DNA of 64,000 bases, from NCBI GenBank assembly GCA_964035545.1, contig OZ037767.1, positions 18,444,259 through 18,508,258 on the forward strand. Reading direction: 5' to 3'. Below are positions 1 through 12,876 of this stretch, piece by piece. The translations under genes were made by a program, and so were the position numbers. Each line of letters begins with the position of its first letter. The first letter of the stretch is position 1. The notes beneath the pieces were generated by a model. It was not told the origin of the DNA. It did no database searches and saw nothing but the letters and a program-made list of their open reading frames with translations. The DNA is from Bugula neritina (Eukaryota; Animalia; Bryozoa).

Positions 1-3000
1 TGCTCACAGAACTGCGTGACGCTGCCAAAGTGCACCTCCATACCTTCCGGACAGACTTTGCACTTGATGAACGCCCTCTGGTGGCGGTCTTAAGCAGAAT
101 AAAACATTATGCTAAAGTAGTGGACACCAGGGTAGAATAGTCTTATGCACAGTGTATGGGGGTAGACACTAGAGTAGAATAGTGTTACATACAGTGAATG
201 AGGGTAGAAACTAGAGTGGAATTGCCTTACTTACAGTGTATAGAGGTAGCTATTAGGGTGAAATAACCTTACGTACAGTGTATAGGGGTAGCTACTAGGG
301 TTGGGGCCAATTACAGGTAAATGTAATTAATTACATTTCTCAATTACGATTATAATTACAGTTAAAAAGTAATGTAATTAATCATAACTACATGGCCATG
401 TAATCAATTACAATTACTTTTGTTCTCAAAAGAAATGAATAGAAGTTATGCAATCTTACTTCTAGGGTTCAACTATCAAGGGCAATTTTGACAGTGGTGA
501 ATCTCCTTTGTTCTCAGCAGCGATACTATACTACATTGAATTAATCTGAACTTGTAGGCATGGTGGGAAAAGTATGAAATTTTTAAGATTTAAAAGTTTG
601 AAGTAATTGACATTTATTTATATATTATAGTAATTGTAAAAATCAATTACATTAGATATGTAATTGATTACAATTACATTTTTATACATCAATTACAAAT
701 TACAATTACCCCAACTCTGGTAGCTACTAGGGTGAAATAACCTTACTTACAGTGTATAGGAGTAGCCAGTACAGTGCAATAGTCTCGCAGCTCCTTGTCA
801 ATAGAATTCATTTTTGATTTTGCCAGCCAATCATTAGAGTCCATATCTTGAGAGCTGAAACACAAACAAACACATTACACTCTCACACACTCGTGTATAT
901 ACATGTACATATAGACACAGAGAAGGCGAAAGGGTAGACGTGACTCACTTTGAGAGGGCGGGTCTGGCAGTTGACTGTAAGACCGGGGTCAGCGTGGAGT
1001 CTGATGACTTAGAGACGCTGTTTTGAGGAACAGTAATGACGACGTTGATGGTCTCCGGTATTCCACTGTTGTTACGGAACGACACAGGAAGTATCTGCAC
1101 CACTGAGTTGGGGTTGGCGAGCAGATCTGTGAAACAGAGAGAACAACTCCTGTGATGGTAGACGTGAGAGCAATGCATACACAACTGGAGAGTAGACAGG
1201 AAATGAGAGTTCATACCTGATTGGGAGACGATAGAGAGTGGGAGATTTGATTGGCCATCACCTTCAGCTGTGGTTATATGTGGCGTGAGATTATTGTCTG
1301 GTAACTCGGTGATCTGTTGGCAAAGAAGTGGAACAATACATTGTTACGTATAGTATAAGGTAGCATTGAAGGTAGGGTGTTACATCAAACAATACAGTGC
1401 CATAGGAGCCAAATAATACAAAATAGTGTGATAAATCAACTATATATACCACACTACTTATTCCACACAATGATCTCCACAGGCAACGTTACCTTGATAG
1501 AACCATCCTCTACCCTAAAGAGTTGGGAGTTCTTTGATTCAGGAGTTATTCCCCCGTCAGCGCCCTCATCAGCAACAAGGAGCTCTAAAGTGTCAGTTAA
1601 ACTCTCGCGTATAATAGCTCTGTTATCACCTTGGTAGAGGACTCTGTCAGAGTTGTGTCTCCGAGCCACGTGTTTCTACAAGTGAAGGGGACTGGGGAGG
1701 TAGAGAATCCGGCAGCTGCCAATACAGTAGCTCTGCTCATAGTTTAGCAGGGCATTGCAACCAAATCTCAAATGTTTACCAAATTATTTGAAAACTTTTT
1801 TCAAACAAAAAATCTGTCTCTTTGGTAGATTTTTGATTTCATTAGATGAGAACTTGAGCTTCAACATGATTTTACATACAACCTGAGCTTAGAGTACCCA
1901 GAACTACCCCTCACCTCCAGCGTTTCCTGCTCGTGGAATACCAGCTTACAGCTCTCTACAGGACAAGAGTGCTTGGCTACTTCCATGTGGTACTTGATGT
2001 GCATTTGCAGCTGTAATCAGCAATATAGTATATGGTAGTAATATATCTCAACACTACTGTAATATATCTCAACAATACTGTAATACATCTTGATACTATA
2101 TCTCAACAATACTGTAATACATCTTGATACTACTGTAATACATCTTGATACTATATCTCAACACTGCTGTAATACATCTCAACACTGCTGTAATACATCT
2201 TGATACTATATCTCAACACTGCTGTAATACATCTCAACACTGCTGTAATACATCTTGATGCTATATCTCAACACTGCTGTAATATATCTCAACACTACTG
2301 TAATATGACTCACCATATACTTGTAGCCGAACCTCTTTGAGCATCTGTCACACATGAAGGGTTTGTTATTAGTGTGCATATTCATGTGTAGGAGCAGCGA
2401 GGCTGGGTATATACCTGCTCGTAGTATACAATATTATATGATAATATATTATGATAATATAATATATAGAAAGATATTATTATGATATGATGTAATATGT
2501 ACATAGATATGAAAATATATGGTTATTATAATGTGGTATATATACTTTTTACGGCAGTAATGCATAATATGTGATATACAAGTACAATTTTATATATTAT
2601 AGAAGTCATACAATACTGACAACTAGCAAATTTGATACAATTGTATGTGTATGTAGTAATAATGATCTAATACACCATAAGGAATATACTATGTAATAAG
2701 ACAAACTCACACTTGTACTGACAAATGGGGCACTGCCAGGGGGCAAACTCAGGGACGTGCTCCTTCCTAAGATGAGTCACCATTTCTTTCTTAGTGGTCA
2801 TGGTACGACCACCCTCCCCACAGTGTTTGCACCTATACCCTTTTTCTGAGACTACAAAGTTAAGTCACGTTAAGAACATAAATCAGATTGAGAGAGAGAG
2901 AGTATGTAGTCACGCACAGAGAGAGTACATAGTCCACACAGAGAGACTACATAGTCACCCACAGAGAGAGAGAGACAGAAAGTACGTAGTCTCACACGCA

Positions 3001-6000
3001 CACGCACACAGAGTACATAGTCACACACATTTGCACGCACGCACACAGAGTACGTACAAAGAGAGCATTGGTCTTCCAACCGGTCTTCTGGTTTTATTCT
3101 CTCAAACATGTTGAGCACGAGACTGTCCACAGGGTAGTTGTCCTCTCTTTTCTCACAGAACAGTATGTCCTCCTTCATCCTGGTCAACATTCAACATGCT
3201 GTTCAATGCCGCATCACGTCATTACAGAAGAATATTATAATGATATATTACTGCTATCTTACTGTATGATTAATATTATATTACTATATTACTGTATGAT
3301 AAATAATATTATATTACTATATTACTATATTACTGTATGATTCCTTAACAGAATAATATTAAACTCACTCGAGACCCTCCAGTTTGATTCTTTCTTCTTC
3401 ATCTTCATACTCTGAAACACCAAATATGTAACAACACACAGCCAACGGGAAAATATATAACAATACAGACACCCAATCAGAAGAAATGAGACAACACACA
3501 GCCAATCAGGAGAGATGTAACAGCACTCACCGAACTCCTCGTCATCTGACTCAGCAGACTGCGGCGGAGCATTACTACCTCCGGGGAGAGTCTGTTTGGT
3601 GGATCCTGGCTGGACGAGCAGCTCCTGGATGCGGTTGTCTTTGCCGACAATGTAAGTCTTGGTGACAGCCACCATCTCTCTGCAACAGAAACAACGGGTA
3701 CTGCAGATACTGCAGAATAATACGATGTGATCTTCACATCTCAAAACAGAAAACTAGATTTACTGAACTTACATTGGACCATCCTGCTCAGCTTCTACAG
3801 TCTGTGGAACATTTTCATTGACCTCTGCAGGCACCAGCTCCACCATCTCAGAGTGGACAACTACAGACTCTATAGTAGGGAAGAGATAGTATACAGTATT
3901 ATAGTAGAGATAGTATACAGCATTATAATAGATATAGTATACAGTGTTATAGTAGAGATAGTATACAGTATTATAGTAGAGATAGTATACAGTATTATAG
4001 TAGAGATAGTATACAGTATTATAGTAGAGATAGTATACAGTATTATAGTGGAGATAGTATACAGTATTATAGTAGAGATAGTATACAGTATTATAGTAGA
4101 GATAGTATATAGTATTATAGTAGAGATAGTATACAGTATTATAGTAGATAGTATACAGTATTATAGTAGAGATAGTATACAGTATTATAGTAGAGATAGT
4201 ATATAGTATTATAGTAGAGATGGTATACAGTATTATAGTAGAGATAGTATACAGTATTATAGTAGAGATAGTATATAGTATATACATATATTCACCTGGC
4301 TCTGGTTCTTCTATCATTTGATTCTCTTTCTACAACAATAATGTACATCAGTTAAACAAGTCTAAGATTCCATAATACTCAGTATAACTATATCTGGTGC
4401 ACTGGTAAGCAATAAAGAGCTCACTGTGTTCACAACCGTATTATCTAATGCTAGATGACACAAACGTATAAAAACTATCCTCTGCTAGTGTAGAGTCTAG
4501 TATGTATGGTAAGGATGAACATGAATATGTTAAATCATTTTGATTGAACTAAGTTTTAATCTAAGTACCATCACTTGAAACACTTCAATGACTGCTGTAC
4601 AGGTTCAAAGACTTCTGTTTATGTATGCTATTATTCTTCATTGAACATGACTACAATATGAATACTATATTTCACAATAACCATATCCAAAACTACATTT
4701 TGTAACTGAAGCTGCTACATCTTTCAATTTGAACTTCCTATAACTAGATGTACTATTTCTAACAGATATTGTGTGTGTATGTGTTTGTGTGTGCAAGCGC
4801 TCCTGTGCACATAAAGAACCACCTTAACAATAGACTGAGAGAAGAAATAGACTGAGAGAAGAAATAGACTGAAAGAAGAAATAGACTGAAAGAAGAAATA
4901 GACTGAGAGAAGAAATAGACTGAGAGAAGAAATAGACTGAGAGAAGAAATAGACTGAAAGAAAAAATAGACTGAGAGAAGAAATAGACTGAGAGAAGAAA
5001 TAGACTGAAAGAAGAAATAGACTGAAAGAAGAAATAGACTGAGAAAAGAAATAGACTGAGAGAATAAATAGGCTGAGAGAAGAAATAGGCTGAGAGGAGA
5101 AACAGGCTGAGAGAAAAAATAGACTGAGAGAAGAAATAGGCTGAGAGAAGAAATAGACTGAGAGAATAAATAGATTGAGAGGAGAAATAGACTGAGGGAT
5201 GGTATAAACTGAGGGAGGGTATAAACTGAGGGAGGGTATAGGCTGAGAAAAGATAGACTGCGAGAATAAATAAGCTGAGAGAAGAAATAGACTGAGAGAA
5301 GAAATAGACTGAGAGAAGAAAGAGACGGAGAGAATAAATAGATTGAGAGAAGAAATAGACTGAGAGAAGAAATAGACTGCGAGAATAAATAGACTGAGAG
5401 AAGAAATAGACTGCGAGAATAAATAGGCTGAGAGAAGAAATAGACTGCGAGAATAAATAGGCTGAGAGAAGAAATAGACTGAGAGAAGAAATAGACTGAG
5501 AGAAGAAAGAGACGGAGAGAATAAATAGATTGAGAGAAGAAATAGACTGAGAGAAGAAATAGACTGCGAGAATAAATAGACTGAGAGAAGAAATAGACTG
5601 CGAGAATAAATAGGCTGAGAGAAGAAATAGACTGCGAGAATAAATAGGCTGAGAGAAGAAATAGACTGAGAGAAGAAATAGACTGCGAGAATAAATAGGC
5701 TGAGAGAAGAAATAGACTGAGAGAAGAAATAGACTGAGAGAAGAAAGAGACGGAGAGAATAAATAGATTGAGAGGAGAAATAGACTGAAAGAAGAAATAG
5801 ACTAAGAGATTTCACCTCTTCCATGATCGACAGTTCACTCGACTTCTCAGGAGCTAAACTCACATCACTCAGAGTGCCACCCATCTCAATGGTGAATTCC
5901 TCGTTCAGGTTGACTGCAGTCTGCAACACAGTCACCTGACTTCAGTCACATGACATACAGTGGTCACATGACCGAAGTCACAGAACCACAAGCAGCCACA

Positions 6001-8832
6001 CCATATTAAACAGAGTTATATGAATTGCAACTGAGCCCAATAAATATAAGGTGCATATAAAAATGAATCGACAGTGCACACAAAACATTGGACAAGTTAC
6101 TATAACACAACAATGATGAAATGAACAAATCAGCGACTATTGCATTAACAGAGAAATCTGATAAAACTTTCCCTATCAAATTGAAGCTATCATATTTGTT
6201 TTCAATTTCAAGTGAAATTATAATAATATACAGACAAGAATGTATCACGCGATGGCTTTAGACTTCATTTGAGTATCTTTAGAGGTCAGAGTGTGGAGAA
6301 CAAACCGGCTGAGGTTGGAGAGATATGAGGTCAGCTTCCTCGACAACCTCGGTGCACTCCGGCAGCGTGGTGTTGTCTCTCCGGCTGTCCACCAGAGTGA
6401 TGTTGCTGCCGGTGACGTCAGTCTCTGAGATCTCCTCCGACTCAACTATTCTCATGCCGCCGACATCAGTATTTGTATCCTCCGACTCAACTTCCTGTGA
6501 GGAAAACACGGCACAGCATAGACTATAACACCAGCAATGATTAAACAACTCCAAAAAAGATGGAAAATTTAAGAATGATTATAGAAAATAACTTGAAAAA
6601 GTGAGTTGTGTTACTTACCTTCAGCAGCTCAAGTGCAGACGTGGTGTTTGTCTTAGCATGCTGTCGTCCTTTCTGAGATGAGTAAACGTTCATATCAGTA
6701 ACAGCAGAGCTAACTTCAGCCACGTCAGGGCTAACTTCAGCCACGTCAGGGCTAACTTCAGCCACGTCAGGGCTAACTTCACCTCCGGGTGGGCTATCTT
6801 TAACTACATGTGAGATATCTTCAGCCACAGCTGGGCTATCCTCAGCTACAGGTGAGTTACTATCAGCAGTATGCACATCTTCAGTAGTATTTGTATTCAC
6901 TGCGGGACTGACGTCCACTGCTGCGCTGACGTCTGCAGCCGGATTGTCTGTGCTGGGAAAATTGTCTGATGTCAGGGTGTCTTCACGCACAATTTGAGTA
7001 GACTGCGGGGGGAATGCATCAACCTCCTTCTCACTAACTGCAGCCACAGCAGCCACTGGGGCTACAGCATCTGAGTCAGCAATACTTGAGACTTCAGATT
7101 CCCTGACGACTGGCTGAAATGTCTTCTTCACAATCAGCTTTGAAGGAGCAGAATTTTGAGTAGCAGCTCGCTGTAAGCAGATTCAATTCACCTGACAATA
7201 GCTTAGAGGTTCACCAGATGGTATTATAGAAGAGAGACACCATATATTCCCTTAGTAAAGTTTACTGGCTACTTTGGCTATAAAACTTACCCTAGATGAT
7301 TTGCGCATCGGTGCTGATGCTTGAGCTGCAACTTTCATTTGAGGTTCATTTTCAGTCCTATGTTAGCAAAGAAACAATAAGATTAAACTGTTATAGTGGA
7401 ATAAGATCACACTTTATACTCATTCAACTAGCGTTGAGTACACACAGAACCATCACAACAGTCAGCTGCAAGGTCAACTAAAACCTAAAAATAATCAGGG
7501 ATTGGTAATACTAAGATATTCAGTTTGTAGTGTGCATAGAAATAGAAGCAGCTACACAGAACTACACAGGCGGTGTTTTATTATATTTACATTACACACT
7601 TTATTCATGTGCACCTATGAGTAGCCAACCTACTAGTTTCAAGGACTTATGACAAGGCATAGTGTATGACATTGACATAACAGTACATTTGTGTCATCCC
7701 AGCCCAGTAGTGGACCTTAGTTTACTTACACTCCTGGATGGACTTCCTCATTGTCCACCTTAGTTTTCTTCAACTTCTTGGGAGAGGCGGATTCTGAAAC
7801 ATTAAACAACATTACTTCCTTCTTTCTGAAAAAAGCGCGTACTGATGATGAATTTGAATTATAACCAAGAAACATTTAAAAATTAAAACAATAAAAAACG
7901 TTTAAAACAGAATTTATTCACCACTGGGTTAGTCAATTATGTAAACTCTATTTTGTACATACCGGGGTTGGCGCGCTTTGCTGCAGTCTTCTGAGCCGGG
8001 GACTTTCCCAGCATCTCCGATGCAGACCGCCGCTTGCAGTTCCTGACTGGTCTTCCAGACATGATCTTGTATTTCACACAAATGAAATATTCCAATGCCT
8101 CCTGAAAGTAAATAGCAAAATGTAAATCTAACATTGCCTATGAGCTATCTATGTACGATCTATGTAAAACCTCTGGTAGATGGAATTTTCAAGTAGGTAC
8201 CAATACAACGGAAGAATTATTAGCATAACTTTATCCGGGCTGAGTAAATAAATTACAAGCATCAAAATTATAATAATCAACAATTTTTTTGTAACATCCA
8301 ATTATTGAGTTTGTTATGCATTGATTTAGTAATGATCATTGACTTTGTGAAAGTCACGCTGGTACTGAACTTGAATTTCTTATTTCAACCACAAAAGGCA
8401 TCGAGTTTGACTAAATTTAACACAGTATGGATGGCAATATTAATATTTATAGTTTTAGTGTACCACTACCCATTGAATATCAGACGCACTATGGACAAAT
8501 AGGCTAAGCATATGAACACCAGTCATTGCAAATCAACATTAATTATATATGCTATTAGTATTGGCATTACTTATGACTAGTTTAATGTCTAATCACATTC
8601 ACTCTAATAGGTACAACAATGGGGTGCCAGACTAATAGTGATACTTTTATTCACTTTGATTAGGACTGCAGTATAAATGGCAATCTGATTAATAACCATG
8701 ATGATAATGCCTTGAAGTTGTACTTCAACTTGTCATGGTGATGGTTATAATTAAATGATTATGGCTTCCACGACACAGTTCTATAGATATCCCCATCATT
8801 ATTACTTTATAATGTTGAGGTCCACTTACCAT
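1..8832 (-). CDS. Multi-exon C2H2 zinc-finger protein, 3' end outside window
   Basis: GT-AG exons join in one phase: 8830-8832 (ATG; the in-frame ATG at 8060-8062 is an alternative start), 7963-8101, 7730-7793, 7291-7357, 6619-7170, 6306-6494, 5816-5935, 4296-4329, 3773-3869, 3531-3679, 3369-3411, 3058-3179, 2711-2851, 2314-2414, 1915-2010, 1493-1675, 1217-1313, 949-1126, 751-854, 1-88. Fingers: CKHC..HLRKEH, CPIC..HMNMH (linker TNNKPF), CDRC..HIKYH, CPVESC..HVARRH, and CKVC..EH at the window edge. Basic NLS-like PKKLKKTKV; long acidic low-complexity N-terminal half. Confidence 0.85.
296..719. mobile_element. hAT-type MITE
   Basis: TIRs TAGGGTTGGGG / CCCCAACTCTG; perfect 8-bp TSD GTAGCTAC at 288-295 and 720-727; many internal AATTAC/GTAATT motifs; no ORF. 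Confidence 0.85.
2041..2305. repeat. Intronic minisatellite (AATACATCTCAACACTGCTGT-type units)
   Basis: Visible tandem array running up to the donor at 2312-2313. Confidence 0.9.
3881..4280. repeat. 24-bp minisatellite (AGAGATAGTATACAGTATTATAGT)
   Basis: About 16 near-perfect copies filling almost the whole intron 3870-4295. Confidence 0.95.
4828..5805. repeat. 17-bp minisatellite (GACTGAGAGAAGAAATA)
   Basis: About 1 kb tandem array starting just inside the donor at 5814-5815; accounts for the 403-aa low-complexity ORF. Confidence 0.95.
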
Positions 8833-9776
8833 GATTTTCAGGCTGAGCCTGAAGGCTTCGAGTCTCAGTTTGCTAGTGTGATTGTCTCATCAAAGTGAAC
8901 CCATTTTGGTTTTATAGCGATAATCAATTTGAATTTGTTATCAGTTATACTTATATTTATTATCATTATCATAAAGGCTGTAAGGTATAAGGCATAAGCA
9001 ATTTGAATTTGAATTTATTTTTAGCATAAGCAGTTGCACAAAGTTGTTTAATGTTTTACCTGTAAATTTAATTTACACTTACAGTTAATATTTTAGTATC
9101 GTATCAGTGCAGTTTATGGATTAGAACAACTACAAGCACAAGTGACTGTGAGTTGGTCATAACTCATTAGTCACTACTATTACTATTAGTATTACTATTA
9201 GCCATTACTCATTAGTCATTAGTCATTAGGCTTAGCAGATAGTCATAGTGATAGTGATACTCATACGGATATGGTAATAGTAGTTAAGGGTAGCCTGAGC
9301 AGCCTACACAGTGTGAGTGTCAATAACACAGTTCACGGTTCCGTAGCCGTAGGACTAGAAGTAGAAGAACTTTCAAGAAGGACTAGGAGTAGGTGTAGCT
9401 GGCAGTGGACTAGTGAACTGTGAATATCGAAGTTGAATTTAAAATCAACATTCAATGCCGCCACGGCGCCAGTCATTTTTAATTTTTTATTAGAGCACAA
9501 CTCAGTGATTATTACACCTGTTTTTTTGTGATGACTATTAGTAATGAGTAACAGTAAATCGCACATTTTATTTATTTTTATTTATACTGAAAAAGTTTAA
9601 AAATGGGACTATCAATTTGTACTAATTTGAAAAGTGGAAAAGTAGGAATCGCACTGAAATCATTAACGTGATGCTTATGAAAAATATAAAAAAAATCAGC
9701 TGTATGAACACGTCAGCAACCTTTTTATTTTGTAAAATAGTAGAAGAGATGTCTAGGAAAAAAATAACAGCCATAC

Positions 9777-9990
9777 CTTGACGAGTTTTATTCCAGCTGA
9801 TGGACAATTTGAAGTTTTCTAGATAGTTTGTAAATGTGAGCACAGCGATTCTACTAGCGCCATTTTGTGCGCTTAAAATTGTTTTTAATGGCCGGGTGGC
9901 GCTCCTATTTCCGTTACAGATGTATTTATAACCATTTGAAAAATCGGAGGTTTATGAGAATAAAACTAAGTTAAAAGTGGCGCGACTATA
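9777..9990. promoter_or_regulatory. Probable promoter and non-coding first exon of the zinc-finger gene, possibly bidirectional
   Basis: Local CpG enrichment; YY1-like AAAATGGCG on - strand at about 9858-9866; - strand donor AAG|GTATGG with GT at 9775-9776. Confidence 0.5.
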
Positions 9991-12876
9991 AACGTCAAGT
10001 TGTAAACACAAGACCATGAATTAGATGAGAAGCCTGATTCAATTTCCTGAGTCACAGTCACATACACCTAAGATCGATAGTTGAATCAGCGGTCACTCCA
10101 TTTGTTTCAGTGTTTTTACTAGAAATATTACCGATATTAAGGTAAAATATTGCCCGTAATTTTACTTAATCGTAAGGTAGAGTTTAAAATGTATATTTGT
10201 TTTTCTTGAGCATAATAATCATAATGATGATCATGATGTCCACTTGATGATGATGACGATGACGATGAGATATGATCACTCAGTCTCATAATCATAATGA
10301 TAATGATGGTCATCATCATCATCATGGATGATGCCTGATGGACATCGACATGTAATGATAATACTAATAGTTAAATAAATATAAATAAAATTTGAATAAT
10401 GAATATGATTCATAATTTTAATTTATAATTATCTTTGATATTCTTATTGAATTTAATATTAAATTTTATTATCTTTGCATTATTAAATTTAATTGTTAAA
10501 TTTGTTATAAATATGATTGTCATTATCATTATGACTGTGATTAATATAATTGAGTAATTTTTATTATGATTGATATTATCATTATGATACTGATAGCGAT
10601 ACTGATAGTCATAGTATTAGTTTCAATAGTTTGATATTCGTATTAAATTTTATATTGATAGTGATACTCATACTGATGCTGAGACTCATGCTTATAGTTA
10701 TACTGGTACTCAAAGTGAAAGTAATAGCGATAGTCATACTGATGATGATACTCATAGTGACTAACTCTAAGATTTGAAGTTAATGCTGACAGTGACTGTT
10801 AATGTAAGTCTATGACTATGAGTATCATTGCGATTATAAGTTTTATAGCGATACAATACTGGAAAGTCTAAAGGGAAACCTTTAGTGACAACTTATTTTA
10901 GACCAGGATTTAGTTCTTGTTACAGCATTTGCTGTTTTAAAATTAGTTATTATATTCTTCCCGCATTTTACGAATTGTTTGTGGCAGAAAACTAGTGTGT
11001 AACATGCTTTTCTTAGCTGTACCAATACTGACCCTGTCACACCCACTGTCACTGTGATACTGATAGTGTCAGTAATAGTAACACCAATAGTCATAGTCAT
11101 AGTGATACTGAGAGTCATAGCAAAACTGAAAGTGAACATGATGCTCATATTCGTACTCACACTAATACTGTTAGTCATAGTGAGTAATACTGGTATTCAC
11201 ACTAATTCATACTGATTAAATTCGAATTTAATTTTTACTACTAATAGTAATACTTTAGCTATTCGTATAACTATATCTATTGCTAATAGTATTAGTGAAT
11301 TATGATTATTTCTATAAAAAATTATGCGTAAGTTATTAACAAATATTAATTTACATCAGTATTAAATTTAATATAACTTATTAGTAATTATAGTAATTAT
11401 AACAATGTACTTTATATGTAAATTTTGATTTAGGAATTTTGATAAATGTATTTATAGCCTATAATTTAGTTTTACTTAGCTTTTCCAGGACACAAAATGT
11501 AATCATAACTTTTCTAGTAAACTTTAAAAAGATTTTAAAATTACTTTTGTGTATTTTTATTTTTATTCATTGTAGTTATTGTCCTTTCAGCTACTCATTT
11601 AATCAAGTAGGCCTAATGATTATAGAGTTATAGTTAAAGTTAAATTTAAAAGTTTGTATTCAATGTTATAACTATTTGTTATTAGATTCAATTTTCGGTT
11701 GATAATTATGCTCAAATTTATAAACTTGTATAAGTATTAGAATTAATACAACATTGTTCGTAACTGTATACGCCTAATTTTACCTAATTAAACATCACAA
11801 GTATACTAATAGGTAATACTTTATAAGTAACTAGAACATAGTTTTACTCTAAAGTCTAGTAGTAGATAAAGTTGCACTTACTCAGTTTAAGTAAAAATAC
11901 CTGAGTTAGTTTAATTTCAGAGTTATCATGATATTTTTGGGTATAATAATAAATTTATGCAAGTGCATTTCCTGTAAGTATAATATTTATATTTGCATTG
12001 CTTTTTCTTTATTGGCTTTTTCCTTATTGGCTATTTGGTTTCTCTTTAATATTTTGGTAAGAAGTGGGATAAAATGAAAAGTCGAACTTGATGGGCTACA
12101 ATAATTATAATTATAGTTATTATAATAATAAAGTAATATATAGGACTAATCACAATAATTTTAATTTTAAAGCACAGTATTCCACCACTTAGAAATTTAA
12201 TTATAATACTTGAGTTTATGTTTTAGTTTATGTTTTTTTAAATTAATAATTGTATGAATATTATTAATGTTATTTAACTTTAAGTAAAATACAAGTTTTA
12301 ATTCAACTATATAATTTTAAACCTACCTTAGACAGAGTTGTAATATTTTTTGAAGTTGATTTGTAATTTAATCCCATTCACTTGACTTTTAAGTAGAAGT
12401 AAATAAAATATAGCTGTAGTTCATACCAGTGAAGTAAAAAGTATGGTTTATTGTGAACATTTTTACTTTCTAAATGCATTTTTTTGATTAACATAATTTG
12501 CCCAAGTATTACTCTATGTAATGTGTTTTTATTGCCATGATTTCTATGAGTGATTTTAGCTTAAATAAAATGATTTATATTAATATCTCTCTTATCTAAG
12601 GTCAAAATAATTTTTCATTTGCACTCAGATAAAATTTGCAAGTGATTCAGTGACTAAGTGAGGGCCACTCGATTAGTATTAATCATCATATACTAGAATT
12701 TGCATCATATTCTTCAGTTCTTAACATTATTTCAACTATATGATACAATATGACTTTCAATATGCACTTAACTGCATTTGGAAATCTGCTCGCATATATA
12801 TTGTAGATTGGCCGAACACATTGTGGTGCAACGCTGAATAGAACCCTTCAACTTATAGTAAAACACATCTTCCAAA

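Noticed and set aside
3727-4317. Repetitive ORFs on both strands
   Set aside because: Translation of the 24-bp intronic repeat.
4724-5935. 403-aa hydrophobic ORF
   Set aside because: Only 5816-5935 is an exon; the rest is read-through of a 17-bp minisatellite.
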